The position numbers and the translations under genes were made by a program. A DNA stretch of 54,546 nucleotides from Eubacteriales bacterium (GTDB taxonomy: Bacteria; Bacillota; Clostridia; Oscillospirales; CAG-272), in NCBI GenBank assembly GCA_045577415.1, contig JAZNII010000131.1, positions 1 through 54,546 on the forward strand, in the 5' to 3' direction. The stretch's first letter is position 1; each line of letters begins with the position of its first letter. Under the pieces are notes generated by a model. It did not search any database. It was not told where the DNA came from and saw only the letters and a program-made list of their open reading frames with translations. Shown here in pieces: positions 39,056 to 47,688 of the stretch.

Positions 39056-39347
39056 AATTTTTACGTATCTCGTAAAAATGAAAAACAAGCAGCTTAACGT
39101 CGAAAGACTTAAAATCTGCGCTCTTGAACAGACCAATTCTATTCTCTCTGCTTACATATCGATATTTATTGATGAACAAGGTGAGGTTCGCATTCCCAAG
39201 ATGCAGATAAAAGAGGCTATCGGTCGGTACTCCGCAAATGTAGTCCTCGATGGCTCTGATTACGTTATTCGCGTGGAAAAGCTTTACTCGCCGCAATCTT
39301 TTATGAACGGGGACGAGGTCAACTCCGATGCCAAAAACGAAATATGA
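39039..39347 (+). CDS. hypothetical protein
   Basis: GTG start after GAAAGGA; overlaps both neighbours, operon-like. Confidence 0.55.
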   Translation: MKIINKIFTYLVKMKNKQLNVERLKICALEQTNSILSAYISIFIDEQGEVRIPKMQIKEAIGRYSANVVLDGSDYVIRVEKLYSPQSFMNGDEVNSDAKNEI

Positions 39348-39834
39348 GCTTTGGCGCGAGCGCTACGGTCTCGAATATATTCGCCGACTTGCCGAGGAGG
39401 GCGAGGGAGACGAGGAGCTTGCCGCGCGTTGCGGTCTTGAGCTTTCGGTGTTTCGCATGTGGAAGAAGAAGCACCCTGAATTTGCCGAAGCAATAAGCTT
39501 TGGCAGAAGTGAGTCGGATTATTCCGTCATAAAGGCGCTCCACAAAAAGGCGACGGGCTTCAACGTTGGACTTAAAAAAACTTATAAGCTGAAAAGAGTA
39601 GAGTTTGATCCCGACACAGGCAAAAAGGTTCGCGAATACGAGGAGCTTGCCACGGGCATTGACGAGACCTACGTTCCTGCCGATCTCAACGCCGAAAAAT
39701 TCTGGCTGAAGAATCGCCAGAGCGAGCATTGGAGCGAACAGAGCGAAAAAGTCTCCTCGGAGGAAGCCGAGGGAGAGACGGGTATATTGGAGATCCCCGT
39801 GGCAGACATGCTGGACGATCCCCGAGAAGACTGA
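39328..39834 (+). CDS. putative terminase small subunit (HTH)
   Basis: WKKKHPEFAEAI, ALxKKATG, PAD..A..FWLKNR; immediately before TerL. Confidence 0.7.
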   Translation: MPKTKYELWRERYGLEYIRRLAEEGEGDEELAARCGLELSVFRMWKKKHPEFAEAISFGRSESDYSVIKALHKKATGFNVGLKKTYKLKRVEFDPDTGKKVREYEELATGIDETYVPADLNAEKFWLKNRQSEHWSEQSEKVSSEEAEGETGILEIPVADMLDDPRED

Positions 39835-39843
39835 GGTTGAGAC

Positions 39844-41331
39844 ATGACGGCAGCAGTTCACAGCTTGAAAAAAGGTGGTTCAGAGCGAGGAAAAAGGGTG
39901 ATATGGCGTCCGCAACCGAGACAGGCGGATTTTATGCGCCGTCTCGAGGACGAGGCTCTTTACGGAGGCGCGGCGGGCGGCGGAAAAAGTGACTGCGCCC
40001 TTGCCGAGGCACTCCGTCAGGTAAATATTCCTCACTACCGAGGACTTATTCTGCGAAAGACCTATCCTCAGCTCTCGGAGCTTATAGATCGCTCATTTTC
40101 AATATATTTGCAGGCTTTTCCGGGCGCGGTGTTCAATGAGAGCAAACATTTCTGGCGCTTCCCGTCGGGGGCAAAGATATACTTTGGTTCTCTTGCTCAT
40201 ACCGACGACCGCTATAACTATCAAGGTAAGCGCTACGATTTTATCGATTTTGACGAGCTTACGCAGTTTACCTTCGATGAATACAGCTATCTCTTTTCAA
40301 GAAACCGTCCAAGCGGCGCGGGAACGAGATGCTATATGCGAGCGCAGGCAAATCCGGGCGGGATCGGACACGGCTGGGTAAAGGAGAGATTTGTTACTCC
40401 CGCTCCGCCTATGACGACTATTTGGGAGACGGTGAAGATCCGTTTCCCCGACGGACGGGAGGAGGAGAGGCGAAAATCACGTATATTCGTGCCAAGCACC
40501 GTGTTTGACAATGAGATACTGCTTCGCAACGATCCCGAATATCTGACCCGACTGGCATCACTTCCCGACGCTGAGCGTGCCGCGTTACTTTACGGTGATT
40601 GGGACGGATTTTCGGGGCAGGTATTTACGGAATGGCGAAACGATCCCGACCGCTATCTCGACAGAACCGGTACGCACGTGATCTCGCCCTTTAAAATTCC
40701 CAAGGATTGGAGTATCTATCGCAGCTTCGACTGGGGATATTCACGTCCGTTTTCGGTAGGATGGTATGCAGAGGACAGAGACGGAACTCTTTACCGTATC
40801 CGCGAGCTTTACGGATGCACCAAGACGCCAAACGAAGGTGTCAGATGGGAGGCGTCAAGGGTAGCTTCGGAAATCAAAAGAATAGAAAACGAGGACGAAA
40901 ACCTCAAAGGCAGGCTTATCCACGGTGTTGCCGACCCCGCGATATATCAGAAGAACGGCGGTGAGAGTATCGGCGGCATTATGGAGAAGCAATGCGTTTA
41001 TTGGGATAAGGCAGATAATTCCCGTATAGCGGGGAAGCAACAGATACATAACCGTCTCGCCTTTGACGAGTTTGGAAAGCCGAGATTTTACGTCTTTTCG
41101 GTCTGCCGTCAATTTATAAGGACCTTTCCGTGCCTCGTTTACAGCTCCACTGATGTCGAGGATGTGGATACTTCGATGGAGGATCATATCTACGACGAGC
41201 TTCGCTATATGTGTATGGAGCGTCCTGTCCCAGCCATTCGCCAAAGGGCGACGGGGTTGCTTCTTGCGTCTGATCCTCTGGACTTGTCCGAGGAAAGTTC
41301 AAGATACAATCTCCGCGTCCGATACAGATAA
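39844..41331 (+). CDS. phage terminase large subunit
   Basis: PQPRQ, Walker A GGAAGGGKS, Walker B FIDFDE, ANPGG, nuclease SFDWG..ADP..EDH; intact frame. Confidence 0.92.
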   Translation: MTAAVHSLKKGGSERGKRVIWRPQPRQADFMRRLEDEALYGGAAGGGKSDCALAEALRQVNIPHYRGLILRKTYPQLSELIDRSFSIYLQAFPGAVFNESKHFWRFPSGAKIYFGSLAHTDDRYNYQGKRYDFIDFDELTQFTFDEYSYLFSRNRPSGAGTRCYMRAQANPGGIGHGWVKERFVTPAPPMTTIWETVKIRFPDGREEERRKSRIFVPSTVFDNEILLRNDPEYLTRLASLPDAERAALLYGDWDGFSGQVFTEWRNDPDRYLDRTGTHVISPFKIPKDWSIYRSFDWGYSRPFSVGWYAEDRDGTLYRIRELYGCTKTPNEGVRWEASRVASEIKRIENEDENLKGRLIHGVADPAIYQKNGGESIGGIMEKQCVYWDKADNSRIAGKQQIHNRLAFDEFGKPRFYVFSVCRQFIRTFPCLVYSSTDVEDVDTSMEDHIYDELRYMCMERPVPAIRQRATGLLLASDPLDLSEESSRYNLRVRYR

Positions 41332-41359
41332 CATATATCAGAAAGGACCATTATATATA

Positions 41360-42913
41360 ATGAAGAAAAAAAGTATTGCATCCCCCGATCTTGCCTATGC
41401 CGTCAAGACCTTACTGCTCTATAAAAGAGATAAGAGTAAGATAGAGGCAAGATTGCGCGATGAGGAGGAGGTCTGGCGCGGAGTATATTCGGGCGGCGAG
41501 TCCTGCTCCTGGATATTCAACAGTGTCATAAACAAGCACGCGGACGTGATAGAAAATATCCCCAGCTGCGTGTGTCTGCCTCGCGAAAAACGCGACGAAA
41601 GATATGCCGAGATGCTTTCAAAGATCATTCCCGTTATAACGCAAAGATGCAATTTTGAACAGACCTATTCAGACAATTCATGGGAAAAGCTCAAGCACGG
41701 AACCGCCGTTTACGGAGTTTTTTGGAACAATTCGCTTGAGGACGGCATGGGTGACGTTGATATAAGACCGATCTCTCTCTCTGACGTTTTCTGGGAGGTG
41801 GGTGTCAGCGACGTCCAATGCTCGCAAAACCTTTTTATCGTAAAGCTTTGCGACAGGGGCGAGCTTGAAGCCTCCTTTGAGAATTTTGACGGAGACACCT
41901 GTCTTGAGAGCGACAGCGCTTTGCGTTCCTCTCTTGAGATCGGCGGCGACGGAAAATATCTTTTGGTGGATTGGTATTACAAAAAGTACCGTTCTGACGG
42001 CGATCAGTCGTTGCATCTTTGCAAGTTTGTGGGAGATCAAATCCTCTATTGCTCCGAGAACGATCCCGCGTGCCGGGACGGATGGTATCATCACGGGCTT
42101 TATCCCGTAGTTTTTGACAGACTCTATCCTACGGGCGGCGCCTGCGGCTTTGGTCTTATCTCAATTTCGGGAGACCTTCAGAGATATATCAACCGTATCG
42201 ATAACGATATGCTGACCTACACCGACTGGGCGAGCAAGGTGCGTTTCTGGGCAAAGCGAAGCCTTGGAGTCAATGAAAAGGAATTTCTTGATCTTAACCG
42301 CAGTATCGTTGAGGTCGAGGGTGACATTGACGAGGAAAAGCTTCGCCAGATAGAGATAAATCCCATTGACGACTCTGTGATCGACGTCAAGCGCATGAAG
42401 ATAGAGGAGCTTAAGGAGGTAACGGGATCCCGTGACGTGTCCCAGGGAGGATATTCGGGAGGTGTTACCGCCGCTAGCGCTATCAGTATTCTTCGCGAGG
42501 CGGGAGCGAAGTCATCCCGTGACGGAATTGAGGAGACTTTCCGCGCCTACGTCAAGATCATCGCTCTCGTAATTGAGCTTATACGTCAGTTTTATAATGA
42601 AAAGCGCATATTCCGCATCGTAGGAGAAGACGGAAAAGCGGAATATCTCGATTTTTGCGGCAGAGAGCTGACGGATGAGGATGGCAGACGACCCCATTTT
42701 GATATTGAGGTCAACGCTACCAAGAAGTCTCCCAGCGAGGCGGCGCAGAAGAACCAATTCGCCAAGGAGCTTTACGAGGCGGGGGCATTTAAGCGCGAAA
42801 ACGCGGCAGAGACCCTTATGATGCTTGAGCTTATGGACTTTGAGAGAGTGGGTATGCTTAAAGCCACCATTCGGAGGGTGTACGGAGACGAAGCAACGGG
42901 TGACGAGACGTGA
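41360..42913 (+). CDS. phage portal protein
   Basis: 517 aa after TerL; GVTAASAI..L.EAG.K, ELIRQFY, FRIVG motifs; ATG after GAAAGGA. Confidence 0.8.
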   Translation: MKKKSIASPDLAYAVKTLLLYKRDKSKIEARLRDEEEVWRGVYSGGESCSWIFNSVINKHADVIENIPSCVCLPREKRDERYAEMLSKIIPVITQRCNFEQTYSDNSWEKLKHGTAVYGVFWNNSLEDGMGDVDIRPISLSDVFWEVGVSDVQCSQNLFIVKLCDRGELEASFENFDGDTCLESDSALRSSLEIGGDGKYLLVDWYYKKYRSDGDQSLHLCKFVGDQILYCSENDPACRDGWYHHGLYPVVFDRLYPTGGACGFGLISISGDLQRYINRIDNDMLTYTDWASKVRFWAKRSLGVNEKEFLDLNRSIVEVEGDIDEEKLRQIEINPIDDSVIDVKRMKIEELKEVTGSRDVSQGGYSGGVTAASAISILREAGAKSSRDGIEETFRAYVKIIALVIELIRQFYNEKRIFRIVGEDGKAEYLDFCGRELTDEDGRRPHFDIEVNATKKSPSEAAQKNQFAKELYEAGAFKRENAAETLMMLELMDFERVGMLKATIRRVYGDEATGDET

Positions 42914-43263
42914 TAGACGTAGATTTTTCAAGGACGAAAAATGGCTTTCGTCTGCATATTGAGGGTCACGCCGATTACGGAGAGAGTGGCAACGACATTG
43001 TGTGCGCCTCGGTCTCGGGCATATTTTACGCCCTTTGCGGATATCTGCTGAATTTCAAGAAAGACACGCTTCGTATAAACGCTATAGGAAGTGGTCTTGC
43101 CGACATTGAGTGCGGACATGAGTGTGAGGACTATCTTCAGCTTGCCTGTCTGGGATTTTGGCAGATCTCCATGGCATATCCCGAAAATGTTCGGGTCAAT
43201 AACCGTGCTTGGCGTTGGAGGATGAATCCTGATCGTATAAGCGCTACAAAACAACACGTTTAA
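42910..43263 (+). CDS. element-encoded Prp-family cysteine protease (prohead protease role)
   Basis: IEGHADYGESGNDIVCASVS and YPENV motifs of the Prp family. Confidence 0.85.
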   Translation: MIDVDFSRTKNGFRLHIEGHADYGESGNDIVCASVSGIFYALCGYLLNFKKDTLRINAIGSGLADIECGHECEDYLQLACLGFWQISMAYPENVRVNNRAWRWRMNPDRISATKQHV

Positions 43264-43288
43264 CGTGGGAAAGGATTACGTTTTGCCT

Positions 43289-43864
43289 ATGGAAGAAAAC
43301 AGAAACCAAATTATGATTGACGGAGACTCGGCTTCGGCTGAAACGATCTCCCCCGACAAAAAGAGCCTTGAAACAGAGGATGTGATCGGGGAGACGCCCG
43401 AGGAGGACGTTATTGACGTTGAAAATGATATTGAAGTTGCGATCAGGGAGGATAAAAGACTCACCGATCGCGAGGAATACGATTCCTTAATAAAGGGACG
43501 GTTTAAGGATCTTTATGCCGAGGATACTCAACGGCTTATAAATCGCCGTTTCAGGAAGTACAAGGTCATGGAGGAGAGATTCAAGCTTCTTGAAGAAAGC
43601 CTTGCGGAAAAAGAGACGCAGATCGGTGAGCATCAGCAAATGATCGCGGATTTTGAAGCCAAGCTGCGCTCCGAGGTTGAAAAAGCGGTCAAGGAGACCG
43701 AGGAGAGAGTGATTGGCGAGATAAAAGCCAAAAAGCTCCGTCCTTCGGAAAACGGCATGGCTCCTCGCAAATCAAGCTCCCCCTTTGACGTATCAAGGCT
43801 TACAAAAAACGAACGCGCTACCCTTGCAAAGCGCGCCGCAAGCGGCGAAAGGATAAAATTTTAA
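43289..43864 (+). CDS. putative capsid scaffolding protein
   Basis: Acidic N-terminus, coiled coil, RPSENG and C-terminal RAASGERIKF; directly before MCP. Confidence 0.7.
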   Translation: MEENRNQIMIDGDSASAETISPDKKSLETEDVIGETPEEDVIDVENDIEVAIREDKRLTDREEYDSLIKGRFKDLYAEDTQRLINRRFRKYKVMEERFKLLEESLAEKETQIGEHQQMIADFEAKLRSEVEKAVKETEERVIGEIKAKKLRPSENGMAPRKSSSPFDVSRLTKNERATLAKRAASGERIKF

Positions 43865-43887
43865 TTATCGAAAGGAAAAACAACAAT

Positions 43888-45168
43888 ATGACTATTTTGA
43901 AAGCAAACATTCAGCTTTTCGGAGCAGGTGAAAAGGTGCTCGGCACCGAGGGTGAGATCAATGTAAAGAACGGTCAGGTCAGCGAATACGCGGAAGGCGA
44001 GGGTCTTTCTCCCGAGATGCGTACCTATTATTCCGATTATCTTATAGATAATGCTGAGCCTGCGCTTGTTCACGACCGCTTCGCGCAGAAGCACACTATT
44101 CCCGCAGGCGGCGGAAAGTCGGTTCAGTTCCGCAAGTACGATCCGCTGCCCAAGCTGACCGATCCCATCGCGGAGGGAATTACTCCCACGGGTCAGACCA
44201 TCAATATGGGTATCGTCAATGCGACGGTTGCTCAGTACGGCGGCTACGTTGAGCTTACCGACCTGCTTCTTATGACCGCCATCGACAACAATCTTTGCAT
44301 GGCTACCAAGCTTCTCGGCAGTCAGGCGGGCAGAACTCTTGACACCATCTCCCGTGAGGTTCTTGTTGGCGGAACCAACGTGCAGTACGGCGAGGGTCAG
44401 GTTAGCGCAAGATGCCAGCTTACGGGCGGTAAGGGTAACGGCGAGAACCACTATCTCACCGTTGACGCTATCCGCAAGGCGGTCAGATTCCTCAAAAATC
44501 AGAACGCAGAGAAGATCGACGGCGCTTATGTTGCGATCATTCATCCCGACTGCGCTTACGACCTTATGAGCGATCCCAACTGGAAGTATCCTCATCAGTA
44601 TGCCGAGCCTTCCGCTATTTTCGAGGGCGAGCTTGGCAAGATCGAGGGGGTTCGTTTCATCGAAAGCACCGAAGCGAAGGTGTTCCATGCTGAGGACCTT
44701 GCATCTGACGCGAGAGTGCTTAAGGTGAGCGAAAAGGCGACCGCATCTGCTACCGTCAAGTTCACGGGCGGCACTGTTGTTGACGGCGAGCTTGTTGGCA
44801 GAGAGGTGCTTATCGGAGGCAAGAAGTACTTTGTTTCCGCTAACACCGCGACCACTCTCACTCTTGCGACCGACAGCACCAAGGCTACTTCTGCGTCGGT
44901 TACCTGCGATGCTAACACCGTGATCTATCCCGGTGAGGCAGGTGCTGAGGGCAGAGACGTATACGCGACTCTTATCTTTGGCGAGAACGCTTACGGTACT
45001 ACCGCTTTGGCTGACGGAGGTCTTGAGCATATCGTCAAGCAGCTTGGTTCCGCAGGCTCCTCCGACCCTCTCAATCAGAGAGCTACCGTTGGATGGAAGG
45101 CGACCAAGGTTACCGTTCGTCTCGTCGAAGCCTTTATGATCCGTATCGAGACTGCCGCGTCGGTTTGA
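43888..45168 (+). CDS. major capsid protein, N4-gp56 family-like
   Basis: LSPEMRTYY, AEPxLVH, FRKY, EGITPxGQ, QYG, GELGKIEGVRF, DPLNQRATVGWK; N-terminal IQLF/G motif. Confidence 0.88.
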   Translation: MTILKANIQLFGAGEKVLGTEGEINVKNGQVSEYAEGEGLSPEMRTYYSDYLIDNAEPALVHDRFAQKHTIPAGGGKSVQFRKYDPLPKLTDPIAEGITPTGQTINMGIVNATVAQYGGYVELTDLLLMTAIDNNLCMATKLLGSQAGRTLDTISREVLVGGTNVQYGEGQVSARCQLTGGKGNGENHYLTVDAIRKAVRFLKNQNAEKIDGAYVAIIHPDCAYDLMSDPNWKYPHQYAEPSAIFEGELGKIEGVRFIESTEAKVFHAEDLASDARVLKVSEKATASATVKFTGGTVVDGELVGREVLIGGKKYFVSANTATTLTLATDSTKATSASVTCDANTVIYPGEAGAEGRDVYATLIFGENAYGTTALADGGLEHIVKQLGSAGSSDPLNQRATVGWKATKVTVRLVEAFMIRIETAASV

Positions 45169-45182
45169 GATTAGGGGGAGAA

Positions 45183-45426
45183 TGCAGGGAAAGCCTTTTG
45201 GAAAAAGGCTCCCCCTGCACCCCCGCGAAAACTTCAATAAGGATAGTTGAAGCTACAGACGGCTTGGATTTTGAAATGATGAAATATATATTTGAAGCCG
45301 TTTAGTGTAATTTCAAGTCAACAAAACAAATATTATCTCCAAAAAGCCTTTTCGGGGAAGTTTTGGGGATTCCTAAGGGACTTTTTCTAAAAGTCCCTTA
45401 GGTGGGGTGTGGGGCGAAGCCCTGCA
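45183..45426. repeat. pair of oppositely oriented REP-like palindromes around a central hairpin
   Basis: TGCAGGG..GCCTTTT/AAAAGGC..CCCTGCA; CCTAAGGGACTTTT/AAAAGTCCCTTAGG + GGGGTGTGGGGCGAAGCCCTGC; central ACGGCTT/AAGCCGT. Confidence 0.6.
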
Positions 45427-45440
45427 AGAAAGGAACTAAT

Positions 45441-45809
45441 ATGTCAAAATTGAATGATACGATAGCCGCGATAAGAGCGGAATACGAGCAGATGCTCGCC
45501 GAGAAAGAGGCAGAGAACGCCGTTCTTCGCGGAGAAAAGAGAATTGCCGCCGAGAAAGCCAAGGCGGCGGCGAGAGAGTACGAGGACTATCTCAACGAGT
45601 ACATCTCGGTCAAGCTTTTCAAGGACAACGACAGATACCGTGACGACGTTTACGTTGCCGTCAACGGACAGAACTGTATTATCAAGAGAGGCGAATGGGT
45701 AAAGATCAAGCGAAAGTTTGCTCTTGTTCTCGATGCGTCCGAGATACAGGATATGAAGACCGCAGAGTTTATCGAGAGAGAGCAGAGAAAATTTGCCGAG
45801 GCTAATTAA
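45441..45809 (+). CDS. conserved phage protein following capsid gene
   Basis: Coiled coil then VKLFKDNDRYRDDVYVAVNG..IKRGEWV; GAAAGGA RBS. Confidence 0.65.
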   Translation: MSKLNDTIAAIRAEYEQMLAEKEAENAVLRGEKRIAAEKAKAAAREYEDYLNEYISVKLFKDNDRYRDDVYVAVNGQNCIIKRGEWVKIKRKFALVLDASEIQDMKTAEFIEREQRKFAEAN

Positions 45810-45812
45810 TTC

Positions 45813-45842
45813 AAATGGCTACCGCCAAAGCGGTAGCCATTT
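45813..45842 (+). terminator. intrinsic terminator ending the head module
   Basis: AAATGGCTACCGC-caaa-GCGGTAGCCATTT. Confidence 0.7.
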
Positions 45843-45865
45843 CAAAAATCTAAATCTTACCAAGG

Positions 45866-45894
45866 TTGACAACATATTAATATTGTGATAATAT
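45866..45894 (+). promoter_or_regulatory. sigma-A promoter of DUF2974 gene
   Basis: TTGACA-17bp-TAATAT. Confidence 0.5.
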
Positions 45895-45954
45895 TATAGT
45901 AAGGATAATGATGAAATACGTTTTGTCTGCGGTAAGGTGAAAGGAGGGAGAAAA

Positions 45955-47013
45955 ATGCCCGATATATTTGATTATTTAAAGTGGAGGGGAGATCTTTCAT
46001 TTTATCAGTCAAGGTTTAACGCGGTAGACGGAGTGATACTTTCCACTCTTACGTTTATAGATTTTAATGCCTTGTGCGGCGACGAGGACATTGATATAAA
46101 GACCGCCGCAGACGGTTACTGTCCCGGCGAGGACTACGATAGCGTGGAGCTTGGACTTATAATCCCTGCCGTGAAGATCAACAAGCTGTTTTGCGAGTGC
46201 GGTATGACCAAAAGGTTTGGAGGTATAGTGGTATCGGATTTTGTCCAGCATACCGACGAGCGCGCTTGCGTGCAGTTTGCGGCTATGACCTTTCATATAG
46301 GCAAAGACCGCCTTGCGATAGCGTTCAGAGGCACTGACGACTCCTTGGTGGGATGGCGTGAGGACTGCTGCTTATCTTATCTTGATGAGATCCCCGCGCA
46401 AAAAATGGCAGTTGAATATCTTGAGCGGATCGCGGAAAAATATCCCGAAAAGCGAATGATCGTGCTTGGACATTCCAAGGGCGGAAATCTGACCTTGTAT
46501 TCTGCCTTGAAATGCTCCGTAAGAACCTCTCGGAGAATAGTTCGCGCCTATTGCTACGACGGTCCCGGGCTTTCGCCTCAAATGGTGACAGGAAAGAGAT
46601 ACGAGTTGATGAAGAACCGTTTGGAGGTCATATTGCCTCAATCCTCATATGTTGGAGTAATGTTTGAGCGCGGAGAGTGGTATTCGGTTATAAAAAGCAC
46701 GGGAAGGGGACTTCTTCAGCACGACCCGTTCACGTGGGAGATCGACGGTCCTAACTTTGTGTTGCTTTCGGATCTTTCTGCCCTGGGCAAGATACACGAG
46801 GCGCGTTTCAAAGCAAGGCTGGACGAGTTGACATCGGAGGACAGACGGGAAGTGGTGGAGATGGTCTTTGATTCTATCTCCGCATCGGGGATCAAGACCC
46901 TTTCGGAGCTTCGCGAGAAGGGACTTGGCAAGATAGTTTCGGCTATTAAGACCTACGGTTCTTACGATAAGAAAAAAAGAGAGCTTCTTCGAACTCTTCT
47001 ATTTAAAAAATAA
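45955..47013 (+). CDS. DUF2974/Mbeg1-like alpha/beta hydrolase
   Basis: DYLKWRGDLSF, AFRGTDDSLVGWRED, GHSKGG, DGPG, QHD. Confidence 0.88.
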   Translation: MPDIFDYLKWRGDLSFYQSRFNAVDGVILSTLTFIDFNALCGDEDIDIKTAADGYCPGEDYDSVELGLIIPAVKINKLFCECGMTKRFGGIVVSDFVQHTDERACVQFAAMTFHIGKDRLAIAFRGTDDSLVGWREDCCLSYLDEIPAQKMAVEYLERIAEKYPEKRMIVLGHSKGGNLTLYSALKCSVRTSRRIVRAYCYDGPGLSPQMVTGKRYELMKNRLEVILPQSSYVGVMFERGEWYSVIKSTGRGLLQHDPFTWEIDGPNFVLLSDLSALGKIHEARFKARLDELTSEDRREVVEMVFDSISASGIKTLSELREKGLGKIVSAIKTYGSYDKKKRELLRTLLFKK

Positions 47014-47017
47014 ACGC

Positions 47018-47048
47018 AAAAAAACACCGAATTTTCGGTGTTTTTTTT
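47018..47048. terminator. bidirectional terminator
   Basis: AAAAAACACCGA-attt-TCGGTGTTTTTTTT between convergent genes. Confidence 0.75.
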
Positions 47049-47080
47049 GCTTGATAAGTATTACAAAGTTTGTTTGTAAA

Positions 47081-47317
47081 TTATCTGATATCAACGTTGA
47101 CCTTTTTATTACAGCCGTTAGCGGCAGCCTTGATCACCATACGGATAGCCTTAGCTATGCGGCCGTTTTTGCCGATAACCATGCCCATATCGTCGGGAGC
47201 AACGCTCAAGGTAAGATTGATACTCGTTTCGGTCTCGTTTTCAATGACCACGACCTCGTCGGGATTGTCAACGATGGCAACTGCGATATTACGCAGGGTC
47301 TCTTTCAAATCTACCAT
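47081..47317 (-). CDS. khpA: KH-domain RNA-binding protein
   Basis: IVDNPDEV, DMGxVIGKNGRIAKAIR; after rpsP. Confidence 0.9.
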   Translation of the reverse strand: MVDLKETLRNIAVAIVDNPDEVVVIENETETSINLTLSVAPDDMGMVIGKNGRIAKAIRMVIKAAANGCNKKVNVDIR

Positions 47318-47362
47318 GGGGTATCTCCTTAAAAATCGGTATTGTTTCGTATGATCCTACGA

Positions 47363-47605
47363 TCAGTCAACGATACCGGACTTCTTAAGCAGAGCCTTTA
47401 CGGTTTCAGTGGGCTGAGCGCCGTTTGCGAGCCACTTCTTTGCAAGATCAGCGTCGATCTTAACCTCTGCGGGCTCGGTCTGGGGGTTGTAGTAGCCGAT
47501 CTCCTCGATGAAACGACCGTCTCTGGGGTAACGGCTGTCAGCAACAACTACGCGGTAGAAGGGAGCCTTCTTTGCACCCATTCTTCTAAGTCTCATTTTT
47601 ACCAT
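47363..47605 (-). CDS. rpsP: 30S ribosomal protein S16
   Basis: [30 protein letters not shown]. Confidence 0.97.
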   Translation of the reverse strand: MVKMRLRRMGAKKAPFYRVVVADSRYPRDGRFIEEIGYYNPQTEPAEVKIDADLAKKWLANGAQPTETVKALLKKSGIVD

Positions 47606-47688
47606 TTTTTTGTCCTCCAAAAATTTTGATATAATAATTTTTTATTTTCCATTAAAAACCTTGCGGTTTAAATAGCAACAATTGTGTC

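Larger units (their letters stand above)
37306..45842. mobile_element. phage-derived head/packaging-only module (candidate GTA-like element or cryptic prophage remnant)
   Basis: repressor, TerS, TerL, portal, Prp, scaffold, MCP; no integrase, tail, lysis or replication ORFs between flanking host genes. Confidence 0.8.

Noticed and set aside
41153-41359. N-terminal extension of the portal ORF in the ORF track
   Set aside because: Overlaps TerL; the RBS supports ATG at 41360
37306-45842. Complete inducible prophage or PICI
   Set aside because: No integrase, att repeats, primase/replication, tail or lysis genes visible in the window
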